IMG/VR virus record: IMGVR_UViG_2772190774_000001
Span: 9,673-73,672 of that record
Strand: one strand, 5' to 3'
Length of the DNA: 64,000 nucleotides
Source of the DNA: a virus
Lineage: Duplodnaviria > Caudoviricetes
The position numbers were made by a program, and so were the translations under genes. Below are positions 1 to 7,272 of this stretch, piece by piece; within the stretch, counting starts at the first letter, position 1, and every line of letters begins with the position of its first letter. A model generated the notes under the pieces. The model made no database searches and was not told the DNA's origin. It worked only from the letters and a program-made list of their open reading frames with translations.

Positions 1-55
1 CGCCGCAGGGCGGCACCCAGCAGACCGAGAACTGACAACGAAGGAGGAACCCCTG

Positions 56-241
56 ATGGGTCTGTTCAGCAAGGACGACGACAAGTACATCGTCGACATC
101 GCCTCCGACCGCGGGAAGACGAAAAGCCCAACGGAGGCGCTCACCAGCGGACCGATCATGGTCCACGGCAAGGCCGACCTCAAGCGGCGGCAGGAGGAAG
201 CGCGGAAGGCCGGTGTCGAGCTGACGGTCCGCAAGCTCTAG
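56..241 (+). CDS. small hypothetical protein (61 aa)
   Basis: RBS AAGGAGG 8 nt upstream; same N-terminus (MGLFS) as 341..568. Confidence 0.75.
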   Translation: MGLFSKDDDKYIVDIASDRGKTKSPTEALTSGPIMVHGKADLKRRQEEARKAGVELTVRKL

Positions 242-274
242 CGATTCGCTGACCCACCTCAACCCAACTCTTGT

Positions 275-306
275 GCGTCCCGCCCGCGGCCAGGCGGACG
301 GGACGC
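275..306. repeat. intergenic hairpin repeat, copy 1 (GCGTCCCG-yCCGC...GCGG-rCGGGACGC)
   Basis: inverted repeat; near-identical copies at 2263-2292 and 2867-2898. Confidence 0.75.
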
Positions 307-340
307 CACCCCCTCAACCCAACGAAGGAGCACACCCATC

Positions 341-568
341 ATGGGGCTTTTCAGCAGCAGGATGAGCGACGCCGAGCTGGCGAAGGCGAAGGGCCAGGCC
401 CGCAGCGCCAACCGGGAGCAGCGCCTGGCCATGGACGCGATCAACAGCGGCAACACCCGCGCGGATCGCGCGCGGGCCCGGCAGGAGCTGGCGCGGTTGA
501 AGGGCAGCGAGGCCGCCGCAGACAAGGCGATCAAGGCGACGGAGAAGAACGTCCGGTCCTGGTGGTAG
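341..568 (+). CDS. small helical hypothetical protein (75 aa)
   Basis: RBS AAGGAG; phage-like codon usage. Confidence 0.75.
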   Translation: MGLFSSRMSDAELAKAKGQARSANREQRLAMDAINSGNTRADRARARQELARLKGSEAAADKAIKATEKNVRSWW

Positions 569-594
569 TCCCCGCGACGACGAAGGAGATCGAC

Positions 595-765
595 ATGGCG
601 AAGAACAGCGTGAAGTGGTCGCCGGACCTCGGTGACTACGCGACCGGCAAGAAGGACCTCGCCCAGGTGCGGTGCGCCCTGTGCACAAAGGCGCCGTGCG
701 AGTGCCCGGAGTTCGGCAGCGAGGCGTACTTCAAGCTGCTCGACCGGCGTCACGGGAGGCGGTGA
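595..765 (+). CDS. small Cys-rich protein (56 aa)
   Basis: AAGGAG RBS then ATG at 595; CxxC...CxC motif. Confidence 0.7.
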   Translation: MAKNSVKWSPDLGDYATGKKDLAQVRCALCTKAPCECPEFGSEAYFKLLDRRHGRR

Positions 766-848
766 GCGGTCGTTGCGGTTGCGCGACCACCCGCGGTGGT
801 CGCGCTTCCGGAGCAGACCGCTCCCCCACCTACGAGAAGGAGATCGAG

Positions 849-1028
849 ATGAGCGGCAAGACGACCCGTCAGGAGAGGGGCGTCATCGCCAGGTGGAACG
901 ACTCCTGGCTGCAGAGCGAGCGGAACGACCGCGAAGAGCGCGTGAGGCTCGGCAAGGACACGGCCTATGACCGGGTCGTTCTCAAGGCCATCAAGGACGA
1001 GCAGGACGACCGCCGCAAGGGCCGCTGA
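849..1028 (+). CDS. small charged hypothetical protein (59 aa)
   Basis: AAGGAG RBS then ATG at 849. Confidence 0.7.
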   Translation: MSGKTTRQERGVIARWNDSWLQSERNDREERVRLGKDTAYDRVVLKAIKDEQDDRRKGR

Positions 1029-1109
1029 CCGTTGCGGATCGCGCCCGGTATCCCCGGGCGCGTGTCCGGAGCAGTCAGCTCCACCACTCACTCCGACAAG
1101 GGAGAAACC

Positions 1110-1403
1110 ATGAACAAGCCCGAGCTCGCCACCGCCATCGCCGAGGCCCACAACCTGTCCAAGGCGACCGCCCTGGACATCGTCAACACCATGTGCGGCG
1201 CGATCGTCGCGGCGACCGCCGCCGGGGACACCGTGGCCCTGCACGGCTTCGGCACCTTCGAGCGGGTCCACAAGCCCGCCCGCACGGCCCGCAACCCGCA
1301 GACCGGTGACCCGGTCGAGGTGGCGGCGAAGGACGTCCCGGTGTTCAAGCCGGCGGGGGCGTTCAAGACCGCTGTGAACGGCCGGGTGCCCGCCGACGCC
1401 TGA
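1110..1403 (+). CDS. HU/IHF-family histone-like DNA-binding protein
   Basis: MNKPELATAIA, VALHGFGTFE, ARTARNPQTG, VPVFKP HU signature; GGAG RBS. Confidence 0.95.
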   Translation: MNKPELATAIAEAHNLSKATALDIVNTMCGAIVAATAAGDTVALHGFGTFERVHKPARTARNPQTGDPVEVAAKDVPVFKPAGAFKTAVNGRVPADA

Positions 1404-1466
1404 TCCCCGTGTGGGCGGCCCGCCCCGGGGCCGCCCGCCCAACCCCAACCCGAAAGGAGCCCCGCC

Positions 1467-1613
1467 ATGGGCACGTACAGCTTCGGCACCTTCTACGTCG
1501 GACTCTGCCAGAGGTGCGGCGACCAGGTCTCAACCGTCCGCGACGACGACGGGGTACCGGCCGTCACTCGCAACTGCAAGAACGGGCACCCGACGGTGTG
1601 CCGCAAGAGCTGA
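1467..1613 (+). CDS. small zinc-ribbon-like protein (48 aa)
   Basis: AAAGGAG RBS; CQRC...CKNGH; below the ORF-track length cut-off. Confidence 0.65.
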   Translation: MGTYSFGTFYVGLCQRCGDQVSTVRDDDGVPAVTRNCKNGHPTVCRKS

Positions 1614-1699
1614 CCCCGGCCCTTGGTGTCCCGCCTCACCTTCCCCGGGGCGGGACACCACCCCCAACCCCACACCCACACAAGCGAGAGGAGCCCGAG

Positions 1700-1855
1700 A
1701 TGGGCAAGGACAAGTCGAAGAAGAAGCCGGTCGTCGTCACCAGCAAGGACGGCAAGTCTCAGGCGGTCTTCCACGGCAAGGTCGGCAAGACCATTGAGGC
1801 CAAGAAGATCAAGGGCGGCGTCCACCTGACCCTCGACGAGAGCTTCTGGAAGTAG
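1700..1855 (+). CDS. small Lys-rich protein (51 aa)
   Basis: GAGGAG RBS, ATG at 1700. Confidence 0.7.
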   Translation: MGKDKSKKKPVVVTSKDGKSQAVFHGKVGKTIEAKKIKGGVHLTLDESFWK

Positions 1856-1860
1856 GCCCC

Positions 1861-2067
1861 GTGGGGTGGATATCCCCCCGCAAGGACGCCGAACACGCCA
1901 AGACCGTAGCCGAGCGCATGGCCCGCGACTACGAGGAGCAGCTTGGCCGCCCCCTCACCCCGGACGAACTCCGCGAGGTCCACGAAGAGGCGGAGCGGAC
2001 CGTCAAGAGCTGGGGCGAGCGAGCACGCGAGGCCGAACCGGATCCGCAGACAGACACAGACCGATGA
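1861..2067 (+). CDS. hypothetical protein (68 aa)
   Basis: stop overlaps next start (ATGA). Confidence 0.6.
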   Translation: MGWISPRKDAEHAKTVAERMARDYEEQLGRPLTPDELREVHEEAERTVKSWGERAREAEPDPQTDTDR

Positions 2068-2249
2068 AGGACGACCAAATGCTCAAGCCCGGGATGCCGA
2101 AGAAGAGCGAAGCCCAGCAGATCCTGCGAGACATCAAGACCAAGGCCGCGAAAGCGGCGAAGAGCGGGGACCGCCTGGCCGCCCGCCAGTACGAGGCCCA
2201 CGCCGAGCTCATCACGGACAAACTCGGTCGCGGCGATTACGAGGACTGA
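2064..2249 (+). CDS. hypothetical protein (61 aa)
   Basis: ATGA coupling with previous ORF. Confidence 0.65.
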   Translation: MKDDQMLKPGMPKKSEAQQILRDIKTKAAKAAKSGDRLAARQYEAHAELITDKLGRGDYED

Positions 2250-2262
2250 CCCCCGCCCGTTC

Positions 2263-2292
2263 GCGTCCCGTCCGCCGCGGTGGGCGGGACGC
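2263..2292. repeat. intergenic hairpin repeat, copy 2
   Basis: GCGTCCCGTCCGCCGCGGTGGGCGGGACGC, 14 nt after a stop codon. Confidence 0.75.
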
Positions 2293-2385
2293 CACCCCAG
2301 ATCCAACCCAGCTTGAACCCAGTAGAGGCACATCCAACTTTCGGCCCGTTTAGTTGAACCTGACCCAGACCCAGAGGAGAACACC

Positions 2386-2853
2386 ATGACCGTCACCCAC
2401 CCCGAGGTCGAGCACGAGGCCATCCACAGCTACTTCAGCCTGTCGTACGCCAACTACCTGGTCCTGCCCCGCACCCTGCTCCAGTCCATGCCCGACGAGT
2501 GGCAGACCCGCATGGTCGCCTGCCTCCGCGAGCTGGACGACGCGTTCCGCCACGTCCCCCAGGCCGAGGCGTACAAGGTGCAGCCCGCCCGCGAGCGCGA
2601 GGTCGGCGAGCTGACCGACGACGAGCTGCGCCAGGTCGGCTACTCCAAGAGCGGCGACGAGTGCGACTGCTACGCCGAGGTCACCGGTTCGGGTGAGGTC
2701 AGGTTCGTCCCGCCGACCTGCCCCCACGAGACGACCTACCGCGACGACAAGGGCAACGAGGTCAGCGCCGACCACATCGTGATGTGGCCGCTCGACCACG
2801 ACCCGGTGCCGCACTACAACCGGGGCCGGACGTACATCAAGCCGAACCTGTGA
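2386..2853 (+). CDS. hypothetical protein (155 aa)
   Basis: GAGGAG RBS; strong GC3 bias. Confidence 0.8.
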   Translation: MTVTHPEVEHEAIHSYFSLSYANYLVLPRTLLQSMPDEWQTRMVACLRELDDAFRHVPQAEAYKVQPAREREVGELTDDELRQVGYSKSGDECDCYAEVTGSGEVRFVPPTCPHETTYRDDKGNEVSADHIVMWPLDHDPVPHYNRGRTYIKPNL

Positions 2854-2866
2854 CCCCTACCCGTTC

Positions 2867-2898
2867 GCGTCCCGTCCGCTTAGTGGTGGGCGGGACGC
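2867..2898. repeat. intergenic hairpin repeat, copy 3
   Basis: GCGTCCCGTCCGCTTAGTGGTGGGCGGGACGC; shares the TGACCCC..CCCGTTC lead-in with copy 2. Confidence 0.75.
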
Positions 2899-2997
2899 CT
2901 CGTTTGGAGACCTGTTGGTGAAGTCACTTCACGAGCTTGTGGCAGGCGAACGGCTGGGCTATGAGAATGCCGATTCCCGCGACCAAGAAGGAGCACA

Positions 2998-3588
2998 ATG
3001 AGCCACCTGCTCGGCTACGCCAGGGTGAGCACCCCAGAACAAGACCTTGCGCTCCAGCTCGACGCGCTGGACGCGGCGGGCTGCTACAAGGTCTTCCGGG
3101 ACATCGCGTCCGGCGCGAAGACCGCCCGCCCGGACCTGGACAACCTGCTCGACCAGATCCGCCCTGGGGACACCCTGGTCGTGTGGAAGCTCGACCGGCT
3201 CGGCCGCTCCATGCAGCACCTCATCGACACGGTGGAGATGCTCCGCGAGCGCGGGGTGCACTTCCGCAGCCTCACCGAGGGCATCGACACGAGCACCCCC
3301 ACGGGGAAGCTGGTGTTCCACATCTTCGCGGCGCTGGCGGAGTTCGAGCGGGCCCGCATCATCGAGCGGACGGAGGCGGGCTTGGCCGCCGCCCGCGCTC
3401 GGGGCCGTCACGGTGGCCGGCGGAAGTCGCTGACGCAGCGGCAGGTGCTCACCCTGTACCGGATGTACGACTCGCGGGAGCACACGGTTGCGGAGATCGC
3501 GGAGACGTTGGGGACATCGAGGGCGACGGTGTACCGCGAGTTGGAGCTCCGGGAGTCTCAGAACTCGTCTGGTGCCGGGAAAGCGTGA
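2998..3588 (+). CDS. serine recombinase, resolvase/invertase (Pin/Hin) family
   Basis: LLGYARVST catalytic Ser, VVWKLDRLGRS, C-terminal HTH. Confidence 0.95.
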   Translation: MSHLLGYARVSTPEQDLALQLDALDAAGCYKVFRDIASGAKTARPDLDNLLDQIRPGDTLVVWKLDRLGRSMQHLIDTVEMLRERGVHFRSLTEGIDTSTPTGKLVFHIFAALAEFERARIIERTEAGLAAARARGRHGGRRKSLTQRQVLTLYRMYDSREHTVAEIAETLGTSRATVYRELELRESQNSSGAGKA

Positions 3589-3764
3589 CGTTGATTCCGG
3601 TCACGGGTTCCGTACGGGCTCCTTCACAGGATGGCCGACACCGGTGTCCGGGAGTCCGCAGCCGAGCGTTTTCGTACACGCGCGACACCCCGATAGCGCG
3701 GATTATCGATGCGCCGTACCGATCTTGTGTCGTGCTGGAGTTCCAACCTCTTTCATGATTCCTA

Positions 3765-3793
3765 TTGTGTACACCATTGGCACTGTGTACTCT
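3765..3793 (+). promoter_or_regulatory. sigma70-like promoter overlapped by two GTGTAC(A/T)C operator boxes
   Basis: TTGTGT-N17-TACTCT; palindrome GTGTACAC 3767-3774 and GTGTACTC 3785-3792. Confidence 0.6.
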
Positions 3794-3794
3794 C

Positions 3795-4142
3795 ATGGTT
3801 GTGAGTGAGAACGAGATCGGCCTCCGGGAAGCCCGCACCCAGCTCGGCGAGATCGCCAACCGGGCGCACCTCACCGGACAGGTCACCTACCTCATGCGCA
3901 ACGGCCGCAGGATCGCTGCCGTCGTCCCCGTCAACCGCGTTGCCAAGGAGCCCACGATGACCATCACCGTCACGGACCTCGCTCAGGAGCTCAACGTCTC
4001 CCGCGACGACGTGCTGGCCCTCGCCGACCAGCTCACCACGCTCGACAGCTCCGAGGACGTGGTGGACTCCGAGGACCGGTTCGAGGTCACCCTGACCGCT
4101 GAGGCCGCCGCCGTCATCCGCGACCAGCTCCGTAACGCCTGA
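3795..4142 (+). CDS. Phd/YefM-like antitoxin domain fused to an acidic helical C-terminal domain
   Basis: IGLREARTQLGEIANRA...VTYLMRNGRRIAAVVPV; start may be leaderless GTG 3801; internal AAGGAG-ATG at ~3957. Confidence 0.75.
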   Translation: MVVSENEIGLREARTQLGEIANRAHLTGQVTYLMRNGRRIAAVVPVNRVAKEPTMTITVTDLAQELNVSRDDVLALADQLTTLDSSEDVVDSEDRFEVTLTAEAAAVIRDQLRNA

Positions 4143-4230
4143 TCAGGGCCCGCCAGTCCCCCGGCAGGCCAAGAGGAAGCACCAAGCGTAAGACCAGATC
4201 AGAACATCAACCGAGAGAAGGAGAACGACA

Positions 4231-4368
4231 GTGAAGGTGATCAAGAGGCAGGTCCAGCAGTGCCCGAACTGCAAAGGCGTCGGCGGGCAGCAGGCGGTGA
4301 AGGACGGTCATTACATCGTCATCCCGTGCAGACCGTGTGACGGCAACGGCTGGGTCTACACGGGATGA
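4231..4368 (+). CDS. DnaJ-type zinc-finger micro-protein (45 aa)
   Basis: CPNCKGVG...CRPCDGNG; AAGGAG RBS. Confidence 0.7.
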   Translation: MKVIKRQVQQCPNCKGVGGQQAVKDGHYIVIPCRPCDGNGWVYTG

Positions 4369-4436
4369 CAATGGGGAGGGACTGCTCGTTCTGCGGCGGG
4401 TCTGGTCTGGTGCCCGCCTGGATCTACGAGAACTGA
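4365..4436 (+). CDS. 23-aa peptide with one CxxCxGxG motif
   Basis: ATGA overlap; MTMGRDCSFCGGSGLVPAWIYEN. Confidence 0.4.
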   Translation: MTMGRDCSFCGGSGLVPAWIYEN

Positions 4437-4442
4437 GGAACC

Positions 4443-4610
4443 ATGAGCATCGGATGGATCATCGCCATCGCCATCGTCAGCTTCGGACTCGGCTACTACG
4501 TGGCGACGGTCCGCGCGAACCGGAACTACCTCCGCGACTACTGGGCGCGCGAGGTCGCCTCGCTGCCACCGGACCAGGTCTATCTCCTACCCGAGGACAG
4601 TCGAGAATGA
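4443..4610 (+). CDS. small single-TM membrane protein (55 aa)
   Basis: GAGGAA RBS; hydrophobic N-terminus IGWIIAIAIVSFGLGYYVA. Confidence 0.7.
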   Translation: MSIGWIIAIAIVSFGLGYYVATVRANRNYLRDYWAREVASLPPDQVYLLPEDSRE

Positions 4611-4637
4611 TGATCTGAAGATGCCGGGACGCGACGA

Positions 4638-4676
4638 AAGCGCCCCCACCCCGCACGACGCGGGATGGGGGCGCTT
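4638..4676. terminator. probable bidirectional terminator hairpin
   Basis: AAGCGCCCCCA...TGGGGGCGCTT between convergent genes. Confidence 0.7.
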
Positions 4677-4700
4677 CGCGTTGCCAGGACCTCGCGGCTG

Positions 4701-5000
4701 TCAGGAGACGCGCCGGAACGACACCGACAGTCCCTTCCGATCGAGTTCGTGCTGGTACACCGCGTCGCAGCCGCCGCACTGCCTCGGGTCACCGTCGATG
4801 AAGAGGGTGACATCCCCGCACTCCTGGCACTGCACGGATGAGAAACCGCAACTGTCGCAGTCGCCAGCCAGGACGACGGGGCTTTCGCCGTCTTCGCCTC
4901 GGTACTCGCTCAGGCGGACATCGCCGTGCTCACAGTTGTTCGCGGGGCAGGCGACGCGGGTCGGGTCGTCGAACGCGTCGTAGTCGGGGTCTTCGGTCAT
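4701..5000 (-). CDS. multi-CxxC zinc-ribbon protein (99 aa)
   Basis: CxxxxC, CDSC, CQEC, CGGC motifs. Confidence 0.75.
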   Translation of the reverse strand: MTEDPDYDAFDDPTRVACPANNCEHGDVRLSEYRGEDGESPVVLAGDCDSCGFSSVQCQECGDVTLFIDGDPRQCGGCDAVYQHELDRKGLSVSFRRVS

Positions 5001-5037
5001 GGCCTCATCCTTACCAGGCTGCCTGGCTCCGCAGGGG

Positions 5038-5271
5038 CTACTTCTCCCTGGCGGCCTTCTTGAGTGCCATGTCCGCCGAGTGGCGGTTGTCCACGGTCTC
5101 CCAGAACGGGTGGCGGTGGAGGGCTTCGACGGCGGCGAGGCGTTCCTGCCGGGCCGCTGCGAGCGCCTCGCGGTGCTCGTCCCCCACCAATAGCTCCTGC
5201 ACCTTGGCGTCGGCCTGGTCGTAGGCGCGTTGCAGCGCGAGCAGGTCGTCTGGGATGTCGTAGTCGGCCAT
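5038..5271 (-). CDS. small helical hypothetical protein (77 aa)
   Basis: ORF with GGGGA RBS. Confidence 0.7.
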   Translation of the reverse strand: MADYDIPDDLLALQRAYDQADAKVQELLVGDEHREALAAARQERLAAVEALHRHPFWETVDNRHSADMALKKAAREK

Positions 5272-5346
5272 CAGTCCCCCGGGTGGTTGGTGGTTCGGGG
5301 GTGATCCTACGGACCGGGTGGCGGGCCCCCACCGAGGGGAGTCACC

Positions 5347-5511
5347 ATGGCAGGCATGACGTTAAGCGCCGACGACCGCATGTACGACCTGCTCGTCCGC
5401 GTGGCCCGTGCGCAACGCCGGCGCAGGGACTGGGGGCATGAGGAAAGCGCCGCCTCTCGCGCTGAGGACGGCGCTTCCGGTGGGACCGAGCAGGACCCGC
5501 GACGAGCATAA
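5347..5511 (+). CDS. hypothetical protein (54 aa)
   Basis: GAGGGGAG RBS; ends just before the hairpin at 5537. Confidence 0.5.
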   Translation: MAGMTLSADDRMYDLLVRVARAQRRRRDWGHEESAASRAEDGASGGTEQDPRRA

Positions 5512-5536
5512 GTGGCAGCACCGACAAAACGACGAC

Positions 5537-5577
5537 GAGCGCCCGCCCCTCCCCGCTCGGGGGAAGGACGGGCGCTC
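5537..5577 (-). terminator. terminator hairpin downstream of the tRNA-like gene
   Basis: GAGCGCCCGTCCTTCCCC/GGGGAGGGGCGGGCGCTC followed by GTCGTCGTTTT on the minus strand. Confidence 0.7.
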
Positions 5578-5588
5578 ACTCGTTGGGG

Positions 5589-5666
5589 TGCTCTCGGCGG
5601 GGACTCGAACCCCGCACCACGCGGCACCGGGGACAACCGCGCATCCTGCCGTTAGACGACGAGAGC
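5589..5666 (-). ncRNA. atypical tRNA-like RNA (7-bp acceptor, 6-bp T stem, 12-nt anticodon loop)
   Basis: GCTCTCG/CGAGAGC acceptor, D arm GTCTAACGGCAGGAT, T loop TTCGAGT, anticodon stem CGCGG/CCGCG around TTGTCCCCGGTG; no encoded CCA. Confidence 0.8.
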
Positions 5667-5671
5667 ACGCA

Positions 5672-6004
5672 TCAGGCCGTGCCCTCCCCGCCCTCGGCCC
5701 GCTTCCGGCGGCTGCCCCGCCACGTTCGGACGATGACCAGCAGACGCCACGCCAGAACGACAGGCACACCAGAGAACGCCACCAGACGGGCGAAGACGAA
5801 CCAGTCCCCCTCCGGGACGATCAGCCGCAGCGCCCACAAGTCCAGACACAGGGCGAACACGCCCTGGAACACGAACGTGTGCCGCCCCGCAGCGGTAACC
5901 CACCAGCGGGCCAGCACTCCCTGCGCGATCACGCAGGCGGTGGCCAGCGCCGCCGAGGCCAGGATCAGGACAGTCCCAGCCATGTGCAGCATCAGCTCAT
6001 CCAT
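5672..6004 (-). CDS. multi-TM membrane protein (holin-accessory-like)
   Basis: 3 hydrophobic segments and a basic C-terminal tail. Confidence 0.7.
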   Translation of the reverse strand: MDELMLHMAGTVLILASAALATACVIAQGVLARWWVTAAGRHTFVFQGVFALCLDLWALRLIVPEGDWFVFARLVAFSGVPVVLAWRLLVIVRTWRGSRRKRAEGGEGTA

Positions 6005-6200
6005 GCCTGCCCCCGAAGGCTTCCTCGAATATGGCTTGGAATCCGTTCTCCTCACGCAGCCGGCGAAGGATCGCGGCGAGGGATAACGCCCGCCTGGCGG
6101 ACTCGCTGGCTCGCTGTGCCTCCTCTTCTGCGCGGCGTCTGGACGCCTCGGCTTCGCGTGCCGCCTGGTTCAGGTCGCGGCGGTCGTGCCCTCCGGTCAT
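5997..6200 (-). CDS. small coiled-coil protein (DUF7620-like)
   Basis: LRRLREENGFQAIFEEAFGG C-terminus; overlaps both neighbours. Confidence 0.65.
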   Translation of the reverse strand: MTGGHDRRDLNQAAREAEASRRRAEEEAQRASESARRALSLAAILRRLREENGFQAIFEEAFGGRHG

Positions 6201-6526
6201 GGCGCCTCACTCTGCCCTGCCGCCGCTTTGATCTCCTTGAGGAGGGTCACCCCGATCTGGGTGCCCTCGGTGCTGGCGAGGAGGACGGCTCGTATCTCCT
6301 CGGCGTAGGCGCGGCGTGTCAGGTCGTGCGCCTCGTGCTCTGTTTCCCATAGACGCCGCCAGGCTTCGGCGTCTTCGTTCGCTTCTTTGACTCTGGCGTC
6401 CCTGTCGGCGCGGACGTCGTCCAGGGTGCTGCGGGGCACCAGGCGGCCCGTGTAGATCAGCCACCCGACCGCAAGGAGTACGACGACGGCGCCGCCTTGC
6501 ACGATCGGCAACTGGGCGAGCTCCAC
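6197..6526 (-). CDS. single-TM plus coiled-coil membrane protein (holin-like)
   Basis: N-terminal TM, GRLVPRST, then coiled coil. Confidence 0.7.
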   Translation of the reverse strand: MELAQLPIVQGGAVVVLLAVGWLIYTGRLVPRSTLDDVRADRDARVKEANEDAEAWRRLWETEHEAHDLTRRAYAEEIRAVLLASTEGTQIGVTLLKEIKAAAGQSEAP

Positions 6527-6663
6527 GCATTGCCTCGCTGTCTTATCGAATGCCTACAGAAAAGGTCCGGTTCAAATGGTCTTTCTTGTAGGTAATCGAC
6601 ATACTTGGAGGTAATCGCCACCTAGCCCCGGGGGAAGGGCTACATGCACCAGAAGACACACCC

Positions 6664-7257
6664 ATGAGCGGGCCCTGCCCCTGCCACCAGACGATGGACT
6701 CAGCCATCACCGGGCACACCCCACTCGTCCACTCCCTCGCCCGGCGTCTCGTCCAGCCCGGCTCCGCTGACTGGGACGACGTCATCTCCGACGGGATGCT
6801 CGCCCTCTGGCAAGCCCTCCTCAGCTATGACCCCGACCGGTGGGCGTTGGACCGGTACCTCGCCGTGCGCATCCGCCACCGCCTCATCGACGGGCTGCGG
6901 CAGCGCACCGGACGGGGGGAACGCCCCACCGTCATCTCCTTGTCCGAAACCCTGGGCGGCGGCCAGGCCAACCTCAGCAGCATCGACAACAGGCCCGGCG
7001 ACTGGCACCCCAGCGAACAGCGCGACCCCCGGGACCCGGCGTCACCCATCGACGCCGCCCACTCCCAGCTCCACACCGAAGCCCTCATCCGGCAGCTTGC
7101 GCAGGTCGACCCGCGGCTGCCGGACATCACCCGCAAGCTCCTGGCCGGCTACACCCGCACGGAGATCGCCGCGGACTTCGGGTTGTCCCGCACCCGCGTG
7201 TGGCAGCTCCTCACCCTGGCCGCTGAACACCTCAACCCTGGACGCCTGAGCGCGTAG
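6664..7257 (+). CDS. sigma-70 family RNA polymerase sigma factor (regions 2 and 4)
   Basis: DDVISDGMLALWQALLSYDP..RYLAVRIRHRLIDGLR; HTH YTRTEIAADFGLSRTRVWQL. Confidence 0.85.
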   Translation: MSGPCPCHQTMDSAITGHTPLVHSLARRLVQPGSADWDDVISDGMLALWQALLSYDPDRWALDRYLAVRIRHRLIDGLRQRTGRGERPTVISLSETLGGGQANLSSIDNRPGDWHPSEQRDPRDPASPIDAAHSQLHTEALIRQLAQVDPRLPDITRKLLAGYTRTEIAADFGLSRTRVWQLLTLAAEHLNPGRLSA

Positions 7258-7272
7258 AAAGCGAGAACTGCT

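Noticed and set aside
5589-5666. Canonical tRNA-Asp(GTC) or an attB/attP tRNA remnant
   Set aside because: The loop is 12 nt and the T stem 6 bp. The element is full length, lies in mid-prophage, and I saw no duplicated 3' half or adjacent integrase.
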